From Squalus acanthias (lineage: Eukaryota), in the NCBI GenBank assembly GCA_030390025.1, contig CM059432.1, forward strand, positions 8,804,001-8,868,000: a DNA stretch of 64,000 nt. The letters run 5' to 3'. The position numbers were made by a program, and so were the translations under genes. Below are positions 13,334 to 25,962 of this stretch, piece after piece. Numbering within the stretch: position 1 is the first letter of the stretch; every line of letters begins with the position of its first letter. Under the pieces are notes generated by a model. It was not told where the DNA came from. It worked only from the letters and a program-made list of their open reading frames with translations, and did not search any database.

Positions 13334-15010
13334 TAATCATCTTTTATTTGTACCAGTTACTGATACAAAAGTCTTTCGATTTGTGACTAAAGCACCAATA
13401 ACTTCACAATTAATGTACTTTTTTAATTATGTTCTTGATCGTATTTGTAGATAGAGTCATATTACTTAATGATAATTTATTTAAATATTTCTTTGTTCCT
13501 CATATATAACTTTTATTATATGATTGTACAGTAAAGATTCAACACCCACTACATTAGATTGAACTTAAAATTTAATGTGGCCAGGGTACCTTTAAGGATC
13601 CCGGCTTAAAACACGTCATGAGTGATGTCACCAGACCCGCTCCATCCAAAATGGGCCGGGTAACACGCTGGGCGGGCTTAATAGGCCCCATTAAGGTAAG
13701 TTGATTTTGTACAGCGGGATGGAGCCAGCAGCGGGGTCGGAACCCGCCACGGATACCGTGGCTGCACCAGACCCGCTAAGGTAAGGAAAATTCCGGCCAA
13801 AATATTTGTTTAAAGTCTCTGCCTTTTCCTTAATCCCCATTATAATTCCTCCTGTCACAGCCTCTAAGGGACCAATGCTTACTTTTGCTACTCTCTTCCT
13901 TTTTACATACATGTAGAAGCTCTTAAATCTGTTTTTATATTTCTTGCTAGTTTACTCTCAATCTATTTTCTCCCTTTTTTTATCAATTTTCTGGTCATCC
14001 TTTGCTGGTTCCTAAAGCTCTGCCAATCCTCAGACTTACTATTATTCTTCGCAACATTATAAGCCTCTTCTTTTAATCTAATATTATCCTTAACTTCTTT
14101 AATTAGCCACGGATTGATCACTTTTTCCATGGAGTTTTTTAGTTCTCAATGGAATACTGTAGAAACAACCTACTGTGGTACTATAATACATATATATTAT
14201 ATCTGGAATCTTCTTGTAATCTACTCCAAATAAAACCATGGTAAAACCACAGTAATGGTATCACACAGGAGACTAATACCGTCTTGTCAATGTAGTGGTC
14301 TCCAACACTGAGGATTGGAACTGTTTCTGACAATTACAACACAACTTGTAATTTATAACTAAAAATAACATAAACAGAATAAGTAACAAATCACAGGCGG
14401 TGAGCTCAAGGCTATAATCTAATTTCAGCATTCAGGGTGATGTTTATAAATCACTAAAGCTTTGCTTTTGTGCTTTGTGAAATCCGTTGAATTCGTGGAG
14501 TCGATTCCAGTCTCCTGACTCACTCCCAGGTATTCAGTATTCACTGTGTAACACTTAAAGCCTACAAGACTGTAAAACAAAGGAGAGAAGGATGTCTACT
14601 CACAGAGGTAGGGAGTGAAAGTTCTCTTCACAAAGTGCAGTACTGAAAGCCTCACATGTCAATTGAAGTAGGAGATTGTTACAACAGGCTGGCCTGGTCA
14701 ATCTCCAAGCACTGCAGAAGACCCTGGAGTACTGGGAGATTGTTCAGGCTAGCCTGGGTCATTGATGGAGTCTGGAGGGATAGACCTACCACTGAAAAGG
14801 TTGGGATTCTTCCCACGTAGTTCCAGATGGATAGAGTGTTCCTAATCGAATAAACAGCCAGAAGGTTACCACTGCTAGCTAGTATAGTTGGTTAAACTCC
14901 AGCAATAACTCTGCACACATGCTGACAAGGCCCCGCATATCCTTGGAGCCCTGAGAAAGTGGTGTTGAGCCTTCTTCTGTAGCGATTATATTTACAATTG
15001 AGTGGCACTG

Positions 15011-15478
15011 ATTGATTCCTGGGATGAGAGGGTTGTCCTATGAGGAGAAATTGAGTAGATTGGGCCTATACTCTCTGGAGTTTAGAAGAATGAGAGGTGA
15101 TCTCATTGAAATATATAAGATTCTGAGGGGCATTGACAGGGTAGTTGCTGAGAGGTTGTTTCCCCAGGCTGGAGAGTCTAGAAGGATAAGGGTTTGGCAA
15201 TTTAAGGCTGAAATGAGGAGGAATTCCTTCACTCAGAGGGTGGTGAATCTTTGGAATTCTCTGCCCCAGAGGGCTGTGGATGCTTAGTCGTTGAATATAT
15301 TCAAGGCTGAGATGGATAGATTTTTGGACTCTAGGGGAATCAAGGGATATGGGGATCGAGCGGGAAAGTGGAGTTGAGGTCGAAGATCAGCCATGATCTT
15401 ATTGAATGGCGGAGCAGGCTCGAGGGGCCGTATGGCCTACTCCTGCTCCTAATTCTTATGTTCTTCTGGTCTTATGTA
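15011..15478 (+). mobile_element. CR1 LINE 3' fragment
   Basis: IPGMRGLSYEEKLSRLGLYSLEFRRMRGDL...; 3' hairpin and TTCTTATG tail. Confidence 0.93.
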
Positions 15479-16152
15479 TGCGAGGCCACTTCTGGATGTA
15501 TTTCTGAAGGCCCCCAGCCTTCAGCTCATCCACCTTCTGAATCATATATTATGGGTCTGGAGTTATGTGTAGGCTGGACCAGGTTCCCTTTACTGAAGGA
15601 TATTAGTGAATCAGCTATACTATTACAATAAATAAATCTCACAGTTTGCCATGGTGGGATTTAAAGTCACGATTTGTAGATTGCTAGTGCAATACCATAG
15701 CCACTACACTGTGGTACTGTTAGGATAGACAAAGCCAGCAGTCTTTGTCTCTACACCAGGAATCAGAAGCCTGGACACCAGAGTCAAGGCGTATAAATTT
15801 ATTGGAGGAAATGATACTCACAGGCAACACAAGTGGTGATATGAAGGCAGCGGGAGACCTTATGTTACAGTCACTGAGCTCAGTAATAGGATGATAAGCC
15901 CTCGAATTCCTAACCACATTACAAAGTCTTGCTTCTCATACCCTAGCTCAGACCATTACCTTATGTTCTGCATTCTGTGAACTTTACCCTCAGTTTACAT
16001 TGGCTCAGCTGTCCAGAGGTTAGCTACCTCTGTTGGGTCCAGTTAGTACCAGTTAGCGGAGGCCTTCAGCTCACCTATCTCCAAGGTCTTCAGAACAGAG
16101 TCTGAGCTCCTTGCGTGATCAGATACAGGGGCTCAGAGCATTCCATCACCTT

Positions 16153-16565
16153 GTGTCAGCCAGTGGCTCAGTTGGCAGCACTCTCACTCTGTGGGTCAAG
16201 AAGATTGTGGGTTCATAGTCCCACTCCAGCGACTTGAGGGTAAAAATCTAGGTTGACACTGAGGGAGTGCAGCACTGTCGGTAAGTGCTGTCTTTTGGAT
16301 GAGACGTTAAACCGAGGCCCCGTCTGCTCTCCCAGGTGGACGTAAAAGATCCCACGGCCACTATTTTGAAGAAGAGCAGGGGAGTTATCCCCGGTGTCCT
16401 GGTCAATATTTATCCCTCAACCGACATCACTAAAACAGATTATCTGGTCATTGTCACATTGCTGTTTGTGGGAGCTTGCTGTGTGCAAATTGGTTGCTGT
16501 GTTTCCTACCCTAACCCTAACCTTTGGGATGTCTGGTGGTCATATAAATGCAAGTCTCTCTTTCT
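16153..16565 (+). mobile_element. tRNA-headed DeuSINE-type SINE (SacSINE1-like)
   Basis: Box A-like TGGCTCAGTTGG and box B-like GGTTCATAGTCC; conserved core GATGAGACGTTAAACCGAGGCCCC...GAAGAAGAGCAGGGGAG; tail ATATAAATGCAAGTC. Confidence 0.75.
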
Positions 16566-16814
16566 CCCTGCATGATAAAGTTAGGGAAAAGATACTTAGC
16601 AGTATAAACAGGGCAGACTAGGAGGTTTCTGCTAGCAGTGGAACAGCCAGTCATGCACCAGATATATAAAGTTGTTCTAAATTCACATTCACACCTTGAT
16701 AATTGTGGCCTGATGTTGGGACTTCCCTGATGTTGAATGATGGCCTGTACTGCCCAAACCAGAAGTACACTATTGAGCTACACAGACTGCCTGATCACAA
16801 AACCTATTTGCAGT

Positions 16815-17295
16815 CAGAATAAAATGGCAGAACTGAAAACAACAACTTGATCAAAGAGATAGGCATTAAGTAGCGATTTAATGAGGGTAGAGAGGTAGAG
16901 AGGTGGAGAGGTTAAGGAAGGGAATTCTATAGCTTGGGGGCCGAGGCAGCTGAAGACACGGCCGCCAATGGTGGAGCGAAGGAAATCGGGGACGTGCAAG
17001 AGGCCAAAATTGGAAGAGCGCAGAGATCTCGGAGGTGTTGTAGGGCTGAAGGAGGTTACAGAGATAGGAAGGGGGCGATGCCATGGAAGGATTTGAACAC
17101 AAGGATGAGAATTTTAAATCGAGGCGTTGCCAGACCGGGAGCCAATGTAGGTCAACGAGCACAGGGGGTGATGGGTGAACGGGACTCGGTGCGAGTTAAG
17201 GATACGGGCAGTAGAATGTTGGATGAGCTCAAGTTCATGGAGGGTGGAAGATGGGAGGCCGGCCAGGAGAGCCTTGGAATAGTCAGGTCTGGAGG
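16815..17295 (-). mobile_element. L2 LINE 3' fragment
   Basis: DLHWLPVWQRLD and STIGGRVFSC motifs; matches the other L2 tails in the window. Confidence 0.85.
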
Positions 17296-17489
17296 TGACA
17301 ATCACTGCACTTTGCTGGAGAAATGGCCCTGCTTTTATCGGGAGAAGATGCTGTAGTTTCCATCTTGAGGTCCAAGGCTTTGACATCCTTCTTAAAGTGT
17401 GGTGCTCAGACTTGAACAGAATACTATAGCTGAGACCTAATCAGTGATTTATAAAGGCTTAGCATAACTTCCTTGTTTTTGTACTCTAT

Positions 17490-18412
17490 GGCCTAGAAAT
17501 TCGGTAGCGTTCATTTTTGGGCGCCTTACCCACACAGTGCTAACAGCCCACGCTCAAATGGGAAGGTCCAAGGAGCCCGGGATGTTGTGCCTCAGACCTC
17601 ATTCTCATGTAGATGGCGCAGTGGTAGGAGCTCTCACAGGTAGTTGGGTACGGTAGCATAGTGGTTATGTTACTGGACAGCAATGTGGTTGACTCTTAAC
17701 TGCCCTCTGAAATGGCCTAGCAAGCCACTCAGTTGTATAAGGTGGCTCACCACCACCTGCTCAAGGGCAATTAAGGATGGGCAATAAATGCCGGCCTTGA
17801 CAGCGATGCCCACATCCCATGAACGAATAAATTTAAATAAAGTGAATGGGGAAGAAGATTGCGGGGGCCTGGAGGAAGAACGGCTGGACCTCGGAGTCCG
17901 ATCGGAGGGCTGTCAGGGGTCGGGGAGAAAGATTGCGGGGCTCTGGAGTATTGTTAGGGGTGTCGGGAGTGCTGTCGGTGGGGGGCTTGGTGCTCGGGGC
18001 CGGGATGGGGGGGAGATCAGGGGCCTGGAGGTCATTGTCGAGAGTGAGGTCGGAGATCTCGGGACTGGGAGCGGCGGTGATTATGGTAAGCACTTACCTT
18101 TTTTTTAGTTCCGAGTTGTTTAGTGTTGGTTTTCCCAGAAGCGATCAGCACTGGCTCAGGCTGCCTCAGACACAAACCAAAATCGCAAGAGGGAGCAGAA
18201 ACGGGCGTTAGGCCCCTTATTTGCATCTGTTAGTGGTCTAACGCCTGCTTCAGACATGGTTAAAGGACACCTCTTGTTTGGCCCTTTACTAAGATGGCGT
18301 CCGGCTCGGCCCGCACCAGAATTATGCGCGAGCGGCGCAGACGCCATTTTGGACACAAAACAGCGCCCGTAGAGCCAAAAAACCGGGCACTACGGAGACT
18401 AATTTCTAGGCC
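17490..18412. mobile_element. PIF/Harbinger-type non-autonomous element
   Basis: Perfect 12-bp TIR GGCCTAGAAATT/AATTTCTAGGCC; TSD TAT at 17487-17489 and 18413-18415; splits a CR1 fragment (about 17385-18780, minus strand); contains a nested SINE at about 17646-17832. Confidence 0.85.
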
Positions 18413-18430
18413 TATGCCTCTATTTATAAA

Positions 18431-18711
18431 AGTGAGAAGTCGCACAACACCAGGTTATAGTCCAACAGTTTTATTTGAAATCACAAGCTTTCGGAGCGGC
18501 TGCTCCTTCGTCAGGTGAAGTAAAGGAATACAAATCGACAAAGCATATATAGATAGAGAACAATGCCTGTGTAACGTACAATGGCAGATGACTACATTTA
18601 ATCCTCCTGACTGCCTTTTGTCACACCTCGGCAGATAAACAATCAGGTCAGCCAGGAAGGCACCACATCAAAGACATAGCAAAATACAACTGAGACAATC
18701 TCCGCATCATG
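18431..18711 (-). mobile_element. Penelope-like (family 1) insertion, one arm plus tail remnant
   Basis: TSD GCCTCTATTTATAAA at 18416-18430 and 18712-18726; hammerhead motif on the minus strand at about 18481-18520. Confidence 0.8.
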
Positions 18712-19321
18712 GCCTCTATTTATAAAGCCCAGGATCCTGTACGCTTTTTTAACAGCCTCATCAACATGTCCCGCCACCTTTTGCTAGAAATACCGACCAC
18801 AGAAAAAAAAATCATGAACATATTTCAATGTCACTACACATAGCAACCGGAGCAATTCTTCTCCTTTGATCTCGCGATTGAGTTATGTTACCGTCCACTG
18901 CACACCTTAATGTCAATTCTGTGCTGCAACATCTGGGAACGATTTTCATTTATCAAACATACTTAGCTCATTAACGAAGTGTGACACACTTACCTGGTAA
19001 GATACTCATGAGTCAATTAAATTTTCCTAATTAATTCATGGTGAACATTTTCTCTAACATTTAGCCGGCAACTCACACTCTATAACATGGTGTTAATCTT
19101 TGGAATGACACTGCTCAAAGCTGAGGTAGGTTGCTCTGACAGGATGGACCGCTCTGCTAATTGATGGGACAATATAAAGGACAAATGTTCATAGCTTTCA
19201 GATAAGAAGAGAAAGGATTTGCAGTTATAACGTGCTTTTCACATCCTCGGGATGTTGCAAAGAACCTCACAGCAAATTCATTACTTTTGAAGCATAAGAG
19301 ACTGTTTCATAGAATTGCATA

Positions 19322-19915
19322 CATAGACATAGAAACATAGAAACATAGAAGATAGGAGCAGGAGTAGGCCATTCGGCCCCTCGAGCCTGCTCCGCCATTC
19401 GATGAGATCATGGCTGATCATCCAAACTCAGTACCCTGTACCTGCCTTCTCCCCATAACCCTTGATACCTTTAGCTTTAAGAAATATATCTAACTCATTC
19501 TTGAATATATTTAATGACTTGGCCTCAACTACCTTCTGTGGTAGAGAATTCCACAGGTTCACCACTCTCTGGGTGAAGAAATTCTTCCTCATTTCTGTCC
19601 TAAAGGGCTTACCCCTTATCCTTAGATTATGACCCCTGGTTCTGGACTCTCCGACCATCAGGAACATTCTTCCTGCATCTAGTTTGTCCAGACCTGTCAG
19701 AATTTTATATGTTTTGATGAGATCCCCTCTCATTCTTCTATACTCCAGCGAGTATAAGCCCAATCGACCCAATCTCTCCTCATATGTCATTCCTGCCATC
19801 CCAGGTATCAGCATAGAGTCTACAGCATAGAAACAGGCCATTCGGCCCAACAGGTCCATGCCGGCGTTTATGCTCCACACGAGCCTCCTCCCACCCATCT
19901 TCATCTCACTATCAG
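19322..19915 (-). mobile_element. two adjacent CR1 3' fragments (19322-19812 and 19812-19915)
   Basis: ORF 19428-19810 is a CR1 C-terminus with (TTTCTATG)n tail; the second tail matches 2420-2520. Confidence 0.88.
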
Positions 19916-20013
19916 TATATTGGCAAGAGTGCTACCAACTGAGCCAAGGCTGACACCTTGAGCCTTGTTCTGTAGGCAAATGCAGCAGGCTATTGAAACA
20001 CAGCAAGATCCTG

Positions 20014-20490
20014 TGTATGAAGGGGCTGTCTTATGAAGAAAGGTTGAGCAGGTTGGGCCTATACTCATTGGAGTTTAGAAGAATGAGAGGGGATCTTATT
20101 GAGACATACAAGATTCTGAAGGGGGCTTGACAGGGTAGATGCAGAGAGGATGTTTCCCCTCGTGGGGGAATCTAGAACTAGGGGGCATAGTTTCAGAATA
20201 AGGGATCGCCCATTTAAAATGGAGATGAGGAGGAATTTCTTCTCTCAGAGGGTCGTGAATCTTTGGAATTCTCTTCCCCAGAGAGCTGTGGAGGCTGGGT
20301 CATTGAATATATTTAAGGTGGAGATAGACAGATTTTTGAACAATAAGGGAGTCAAGGGTTATGGGGAGCAGGCAGGGAAGTGGCGTTGAGGCCAAGATCA
20401 GATCAGCCATGATCTTATTGAATGGCGGAGCAGGCTCGAGGGGTTAAATGACCTACTCCTGCTCCTACGTCTTATGTTCTTATGTATTAT
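20014..20490 (+). mobile_element. CR1 LINE 3' fragment inside a minus-strand DeuSINE-type SINE
   Basis: ORF 20150-20389; SINE pieces at about 19965-20010 and 20495-20790. Confidence 0.9.
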
Positions 20491-20904
20491 GTATCCCCCA
20501 AACAGCAATGAAATAAATGACCAGGTAATCATTTTTGTTTGAGAGATAACTGGTGGCTAGAACTCCCCAACTCTTCTTTGAATAGGATCCATAGGATCAA
20601 TTATATCTATATGAACAAACAGGGACCTGGTTTGCCATCTCATCCCGGAGACAGTATCTACACCGAATTAGCATTCCCTCAGTACTGCATTGAAGTCTCA
20701 GCCTAGATTATGGACCTTGAAGTGTGGCTTGAATCCACAACCTTGTCGCTCAGAGGGAATGGTGCTACCACTGAGCCAAGGCTGACAGCCACAGGTTCTA
20801 CCCAATGCTATGTGTCCACAACTGTTGCCCTTTGATGCCCTTACGATGTGACCTGTTTGGTCTCAGTCGGAGGGTTACTACAGTAGAGCTGTTGCAAAGA
20901 GTGA

Positions 20905-21215
20905 CATGCCCAAATACAGTTCACAGCCATCCTCTTGACCTTGCCATCTCACGTGGCCTCTCTACTCACATGGTCTCAAACATAGACAAGTCCATCTCTG
21001 TCTACTTCCTTCTACCCCGTACCACCTATATCCTCCTACCCCCATTTCCTTCTGAGGGAATAAACGCTCCTCCAAGTCATGTAAAGCTGTACTTTCAAAC
21101 TCTCAACTACCGAGCCTTTGGCCCTTCATTCGCCTTAATCATTCTGCAGCTGTCGATCTGCTCAAGCACTCTCTCTCTCTCCTTCACCTTTGGTGCCATT
21201 TTCCCCAGCAAGACC
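20905..21215 (+). mobile_element. degenerate L2 endonuclease fragment
   Basis: HSHPLDLAISRGLSTHMVSNIDKSISVYFL resembles the APE C-terminal GHTLDL...SDH region. Confidence 0.6.
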
Positions 21216-21219
21216 TTTA

Positions 21220-23195
21220 GGGGGAGAAATTCATGTTAGCCGGTAAAGTTGCTGGTGTCACCGGCAACTGGAGTTAATGGCCGCTGAAAATGGCCGCAAC
21301 GCTAATGGAGCAGAATTCATTTGGGGGGATAGAGATCGTTGGCGCAGTGCTGCCATGCAACGCCATCCTGGTGGTATTACTGGAGGCATCCGACCGGAAG
21401 TTCCTGTCACATTCGACGTTCAAGCCTTGCACAACCTCTGGGAGTGAGGCTGTGGCGCTCGCAAGGAATTGTGGGCAATGAAGAGGGCTGTGAATTAAAG
21501 GGGCCATGCACACTGAAGCAATACAAATTAAAATGAAGTGAAACATTGCAGTTTTCAGCCCTTTCTGCCTTTCAATAAAATATTTAACATTAAAAAGAGT
21601 TCCCAAATGTGAATATTCAGCTCTTAAAGCTGAATTCCCTTCCTAACCTCAAAAAATGGGAAAACTGCCTCAGCACTAACGTAAATGGCTCAGCGAGCCA
21701 GGGAAGGGGCACCGAGGGTCTCAAACGCAGCACTCCAGCTTTCTGCAGGGAGTCAACACTGCAAGAGCGGCCCTCTACCCACAGGGGCCAGGAGGCCCTC
21801 CAGAAAGAACGATGTGGGAGTACATCACTAAGGCCATCACTGTCAGCAGTGTCGCCCCCACCACCTGGCTCCAGTGCCCTAAGAAGCTTCATGATCTCAG
21901 ACCACTGGTCAAGGTCAGTGAATGTATCTTCAAAAGCCGTCTCCTACCAACTGCACCACTACCCTCACACACTGCTCAATGCACAACCCCCAATCACTCA
22001 CCTACCAGCAATCTGCACCAATGCTGCGGCACATCTCCCATTCCTAGCCTTACCTTATCCCCTTGGAGGAGACGGTGCAGCCCATTCTTGGCAGGGGCAT
22101 GGTTGAGCCCTTGGCCAGCAGCAAGGCTGAAAGGATACAAGATGCTGGTATCCTCCTATGTTTTCCTTCTCCTGGCATGCACCTCCAGGCTTCCTGTCCT
22201 CCTGTCAGCACAAATCCACCCTTGTGCCTTCCTCATTTCACACACCCAAGAAATGCAGCCTGCCCAACCAGTGGGTCAACAAGAAATGCAGCCTGTCCAA
22301 CCAGTGGGTCAACAAGAAATGCAGCCTGCCCAACCAGTGGGTCAACAAGAAATGCAGCCTGTCCAGCCAGTGGGTCAACAAGAAGAGGCAGCCTGCCCAG
22401 CCAGTGGGTCAACAAGAAGAGGCAGCCTGCCCAGCCAGTGGGTCAACAAGAAATGCAGCCTGCCCAACCAGTGGGACCGCAGGTGGATGATTCCATCCCG
22501 GATATGCCGACCACAAAGGGGCTGTCTGGGATGCATCTTTCCATCTGATTCCTCCTCTTCAGCTTCCTCCTCTTCTGCGTCTTCCTCTTCCCTCTGCAAG
22601 CAGATGCTGTAAATGTGAAATGACAGCACAAGATGCTGCAAATACTCAGTTGGTCAGGCAGCATGTCGACCTGAGACGTAAACTCCACGGATATTTTGTG
22701 ACCTGCTGAGTATTTGCAGCATGTTCTGTCTTTTCAAATGTGTTCACTTACCATCCGAGCCCTTGCAAGCATCCAGCAGCACTCCCAAAACACGTAAAAA
22801 GCCTTTTACATCTATTGCAGCAAGCCACCACTTGAATAAAATTAAAAAACTGTCCAAACCCTTCCATTCACACTTACCTGATTGATGTGTGTGTCCCTTT
22901 AACAGCTGCAGATATCGGCCCTGTCAGCGTCTGTCAGCCTGCTTGCACGGCAAGTTAACCTGCCGTGCTCAGGACCCAGTGCTGACTTGAACGTTAGGGT
23001 TGAAGTTCGCGTAGGTGACGTCACCACGCCGCCATTTTTTTTCAGGGCGCTGCCAGTTACCAACAGCGCGAAGGGGGCAACCAATGTGGTGGTCGCCGCA
23101 GGGGCCGCCTCCAGCTGGTGCAAGAGTGGCAGCCGCCAATTTTTTCAGGGATCGCTGGCGCTACCAGGTGGCGGTAAGGACAGCAATTTCTCGCC
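21220..23195. mobile_element. internally deleted Harbinger element with convergent Myb-like and transposase remnants
   Basis: Termini GGGGGAGAAATT and AATTTCTCGCCC; plus strand WEYITKAITVSSVAPTTWLQCPKKLHDL (Myb/SANT-like); minus strand acidic EEEDAEEEEAEEEESDG...GRHIRDGIIHLR resembles a Harbinger transposase C-terminus. Confidence 0.7.
22248..22475. repeat. 33/32-bp tandem repeat, about 7 units
   Basis: Unit AAGAAATGCAGCCTGCCCAACCAGTGGGTCAAC, with a variant beginning AAGAAGAGGCAG. Confidence 0.95.
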
Positions 23196-23523
23196 CTTTT
23201 TCTCTGTTAAAGGCACTATATAAATGCAAATTGTTATTGTTGTTTCAATTTTGGAACCACAATGGATCAGAATTTGGCTGAAATTCAGTTCTAGAAGTAC
23301 AGTATAACAACACCAATTTACTTCAGAATTGTCCAACACCAGAGCAGATAAAACTACTTGCTGTGGTGACCGTATTCTAGGTACCATTGGGATTCAGCTG
23401 CCAGATAACACACGCTAGTTTAGGTTCTTGAATTGAGGGCCACATTAAAGTGTAACATAAATGAGACAGGACACACATAGAACAAAGAAGAAAATAAAAG
23501 AGGTAAATTCCCCAATGGCTCAA

Positions 23524-23792
23524 CTTGTTGTTTCGTATGATGGAAGAAGCTTATTATGGGATGTCTAGTTTGGCTGTCCATTCGATGGCCTCCTGAGATG
23601 CCGAGTGGAGAAATGAGGTGCCTCCCGCGACAGATCTCAGTGGGCAGGTTGATGCGATGTGTTCCATGGTCTGGGACTCGTGGCCACAGTCGCACTTCGG
23701 GGTCGTCCCTCATCTTCCACTTGTGGAGCTGGTGGGCGCATCGTCCACGCCCTGTGTGGATTGGGTTGAGCGCCGTCCACACTGTCTTCGAG
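23524..23792 (-). mobile_element. Vingi-type LINE, 3' part
   Basis: WTALNPIHTGRGRCAHQLHKW...CDCGHESQTMEHIASTCP (CCHC knuckle, across a frameshift), then stop codons and a CATACGAAACAACAA end. Confidence 0.75.
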
Positions 23793-23888
23793 CAGCCGCT
23801 GACACATCAGTTTCCAACCAGTCGATTCAGTGGAATGTCCTATCAGTGTTGCCATGGCGTATATGTCTGCAGTGAAACGCCTGTTTGA

Positions 23889-24185
<297 letters not shown>

Positions 24186-24842
24186 CACACACACACTGTG
24201 TCGGGTCCTTGATATCTCGACAATAAGACGAGCAGATTGAGGACTTGTTACTAACTGAGTGGAATCCATCTGAGAACTGAGATCCCACAACTTTTTAAAA
24301 GATGGATCTACAAGATGTCCAAGTCTGACAGGACAGAAAATTCTATTATATCACAGGGTCCACTTCAACCATCCAGGGCAGTGAGTCCCTGTAACATTGG
24401 ATTTTAACCTATGGGAAATATTCTGATAATCTGTTATTGTCACGGGGCAAAGCAGCATTGTTACTTTAACATCAATTTAATCAGACTCAGTGGACAATCC
24501 GATCTCCAAAGGGAAACGTCTCCTTAAAGCTGATGGTGTCGGCAGTTCTGCAGCTCATTTCTCAGTGTGAGCGTGTCAGAATGAAAAGCTTTAACAACAG
24601 CCGATGTTTCACAAAGGGAGACCTCACCAGACCAAAGGCCATTGGTGGAGTTTAATGGGCTGTTTGTGTCACTGGGCTACAGGAGGCCATTTTTAACCGA
24701 AGGAAAACTGGTCACAGCAAACAGAGAGTTTAACAGACTATCCCTGGTCCACTCAAACCCCCACCTTCTCTCTCTCTCACTATTTATGGGCACTGCTGCA
24801 GTAATTGCTCCTCTGAAAAAAAATATATTTTTTTTTTAAAAA

Positions 24843-25158
24843 GGGCAGCACGGTGGCATAGTGGTTAGCACTGTTGCCTCACAGCGCCAGGGACCCGGGT
24901 TCGAATCCAGCCTCGGGTGACTGTCTGTGTGGAGTTTGCACATTCTCCCTGTGTCTGCGTGGGTTTCCTCCGGGTGCTCCGGTTTCCTCCCACAGTCCAA
25001 AGATGTGCGGGTTAGGTTCATTTGGCTATGATAAATTGACCCTTAGTGTTAGGGGGGATTAAATACGTGGGGTTACGGGGATAGGGTGGGATATGTGTCG
25101 GTGCAGGCTCGATGGGCCGAAATGGCCTCTATCTGCACTGTGGGGATTCTGTGATTCT
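24843..25158 (+). mobile_element. full-length tRNA-derived V-SINE (HE1-like)
   Basis: Box A TGGCATAGTGG, box B GGTTCGAATCC, V-domain GTGTGGAGTTTGCACATTCTCCC...GGGTTTCCTCCGGGTGCTCCGGTTTCCTCCCACA, CR1-like tail GATGGGCCGAAATGGCCT...GATTCTGTGATTCT. Confidence 0.9.
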
Positions 25159-25560
25159 GAGGTCAAAGCCAGGGACCTCTGCTGTTGGGTCAGTGATGAG
25201 GTGTTGCTTCTTTTTGTTGCATGAGTCCCACGATTCCCTCCATCTGAATAGTGGGTCGATACCAGCTGCATGAATATTGGCTGCTGTTTCCCAGAATGGC
25301 CGGCGCAATTTTAAGCGCTTTCGTGGTGGGTTTTTCAAGCCTTTGTGAATGGGAAGGTCGGTGTCACTCATGGATTTTTCCATCTCGGAGCCTGGTGGCA
25401 TTGCGGGGAATGGCAGGCGGGGCGATGTGGGACAGCACCGGCAGCCACTCAGGTGGAGTGGACTTGAGCATCCCTGACACCATCCTCATGGCGGTGTTTA
25501 GCTGCAGGACCATGAGGCAGCAGAGTAGACTAGGGCCACTGTTGCGCTGCGAAGTGTTCA
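25159..25560 (-). mobile_element. Vingi-type LINE, upstream part
   Basis: TLRSATVALVYSAA...QLNTAMRMVSGMLKSTPPEWLPVLSHIAPP...LPIHKGLKNPPRKRLKLRRPFW...VPGFDL, which continues at 23792 (RRQ.WTALN). Confidence 0.75.
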
Positions 25561-25962
25561 ACTGAGCAATGGAGTGTGAAACCGAGTCTGGAAGGTCCCA
25601 GAGCAGATCTCAGTTTGTGGTGAGTTTATTGCTCTAAGCTAGATGGTGATATGGAAAAATAACTTTCCAAATTGCTATCCAGTGCCTCCTTCTGGAAAGC
25701 ATATGTGGATATCAGTCAAAGATGGAATCGGTTTCAGCTATAGGATCCTCCAGGGTGCAATAGCCCGTTGTCACTCAGTATCCTGGCTCCCAAATGAAGA
25801 ATGGCTACTTGGATGAGGTACCTAAGGACTGCTGGTGTTCGGGAAATTATGCACTGTTGTAACAAAAAAATGCTTTCAGGAGAGAAGAGAAAATTGGAGA
25901 GGTGGGGAAAATAAATGAGGTGGGCTACATGTATTTAAGATTAAAGGAGTTGATAGGGTAGA

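Larger units (their letters stand above)
11755..13798. mobile_element. about 2-kb Harbinger-like non-autonomous element
   Basis: Termini GGGCTGAATTTTCC and GGAAAATTCCGGCC; splits the CR1 sequence GAAGACAGATA|AAAATATTTG (uninterrupted paralog at 56330-56350); AAA on both sides. Confidence 0.7.
9745..14157 (-). mobile_element. CR1 LINE ORF2 fragment with two nested insertions
   Basis: ORFs 10394-10723, 10885-11304, 11355-11770 and 13800-13912 are consecutive CR1 ORF2 parts; (TTCTTATG)n-type tail near 9745. Confidence 0.92.

Noticed and set aside
21812..22612. 266-aa ORF with QPVGQQEM repeats; array superficially CRISPR-like
   Set aside because: The ORF runs through a transposon remnant and a head-to-tail tandem repeat with no unique spacers; the context is eukaryotic with no cas genes.
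24843..24920. tRNA-like sequence with A and B boxes
   Set aside because: It continues directly into a V-SINE core and LINE-like tail, so it is a SINE head rather than a tRNA gene.
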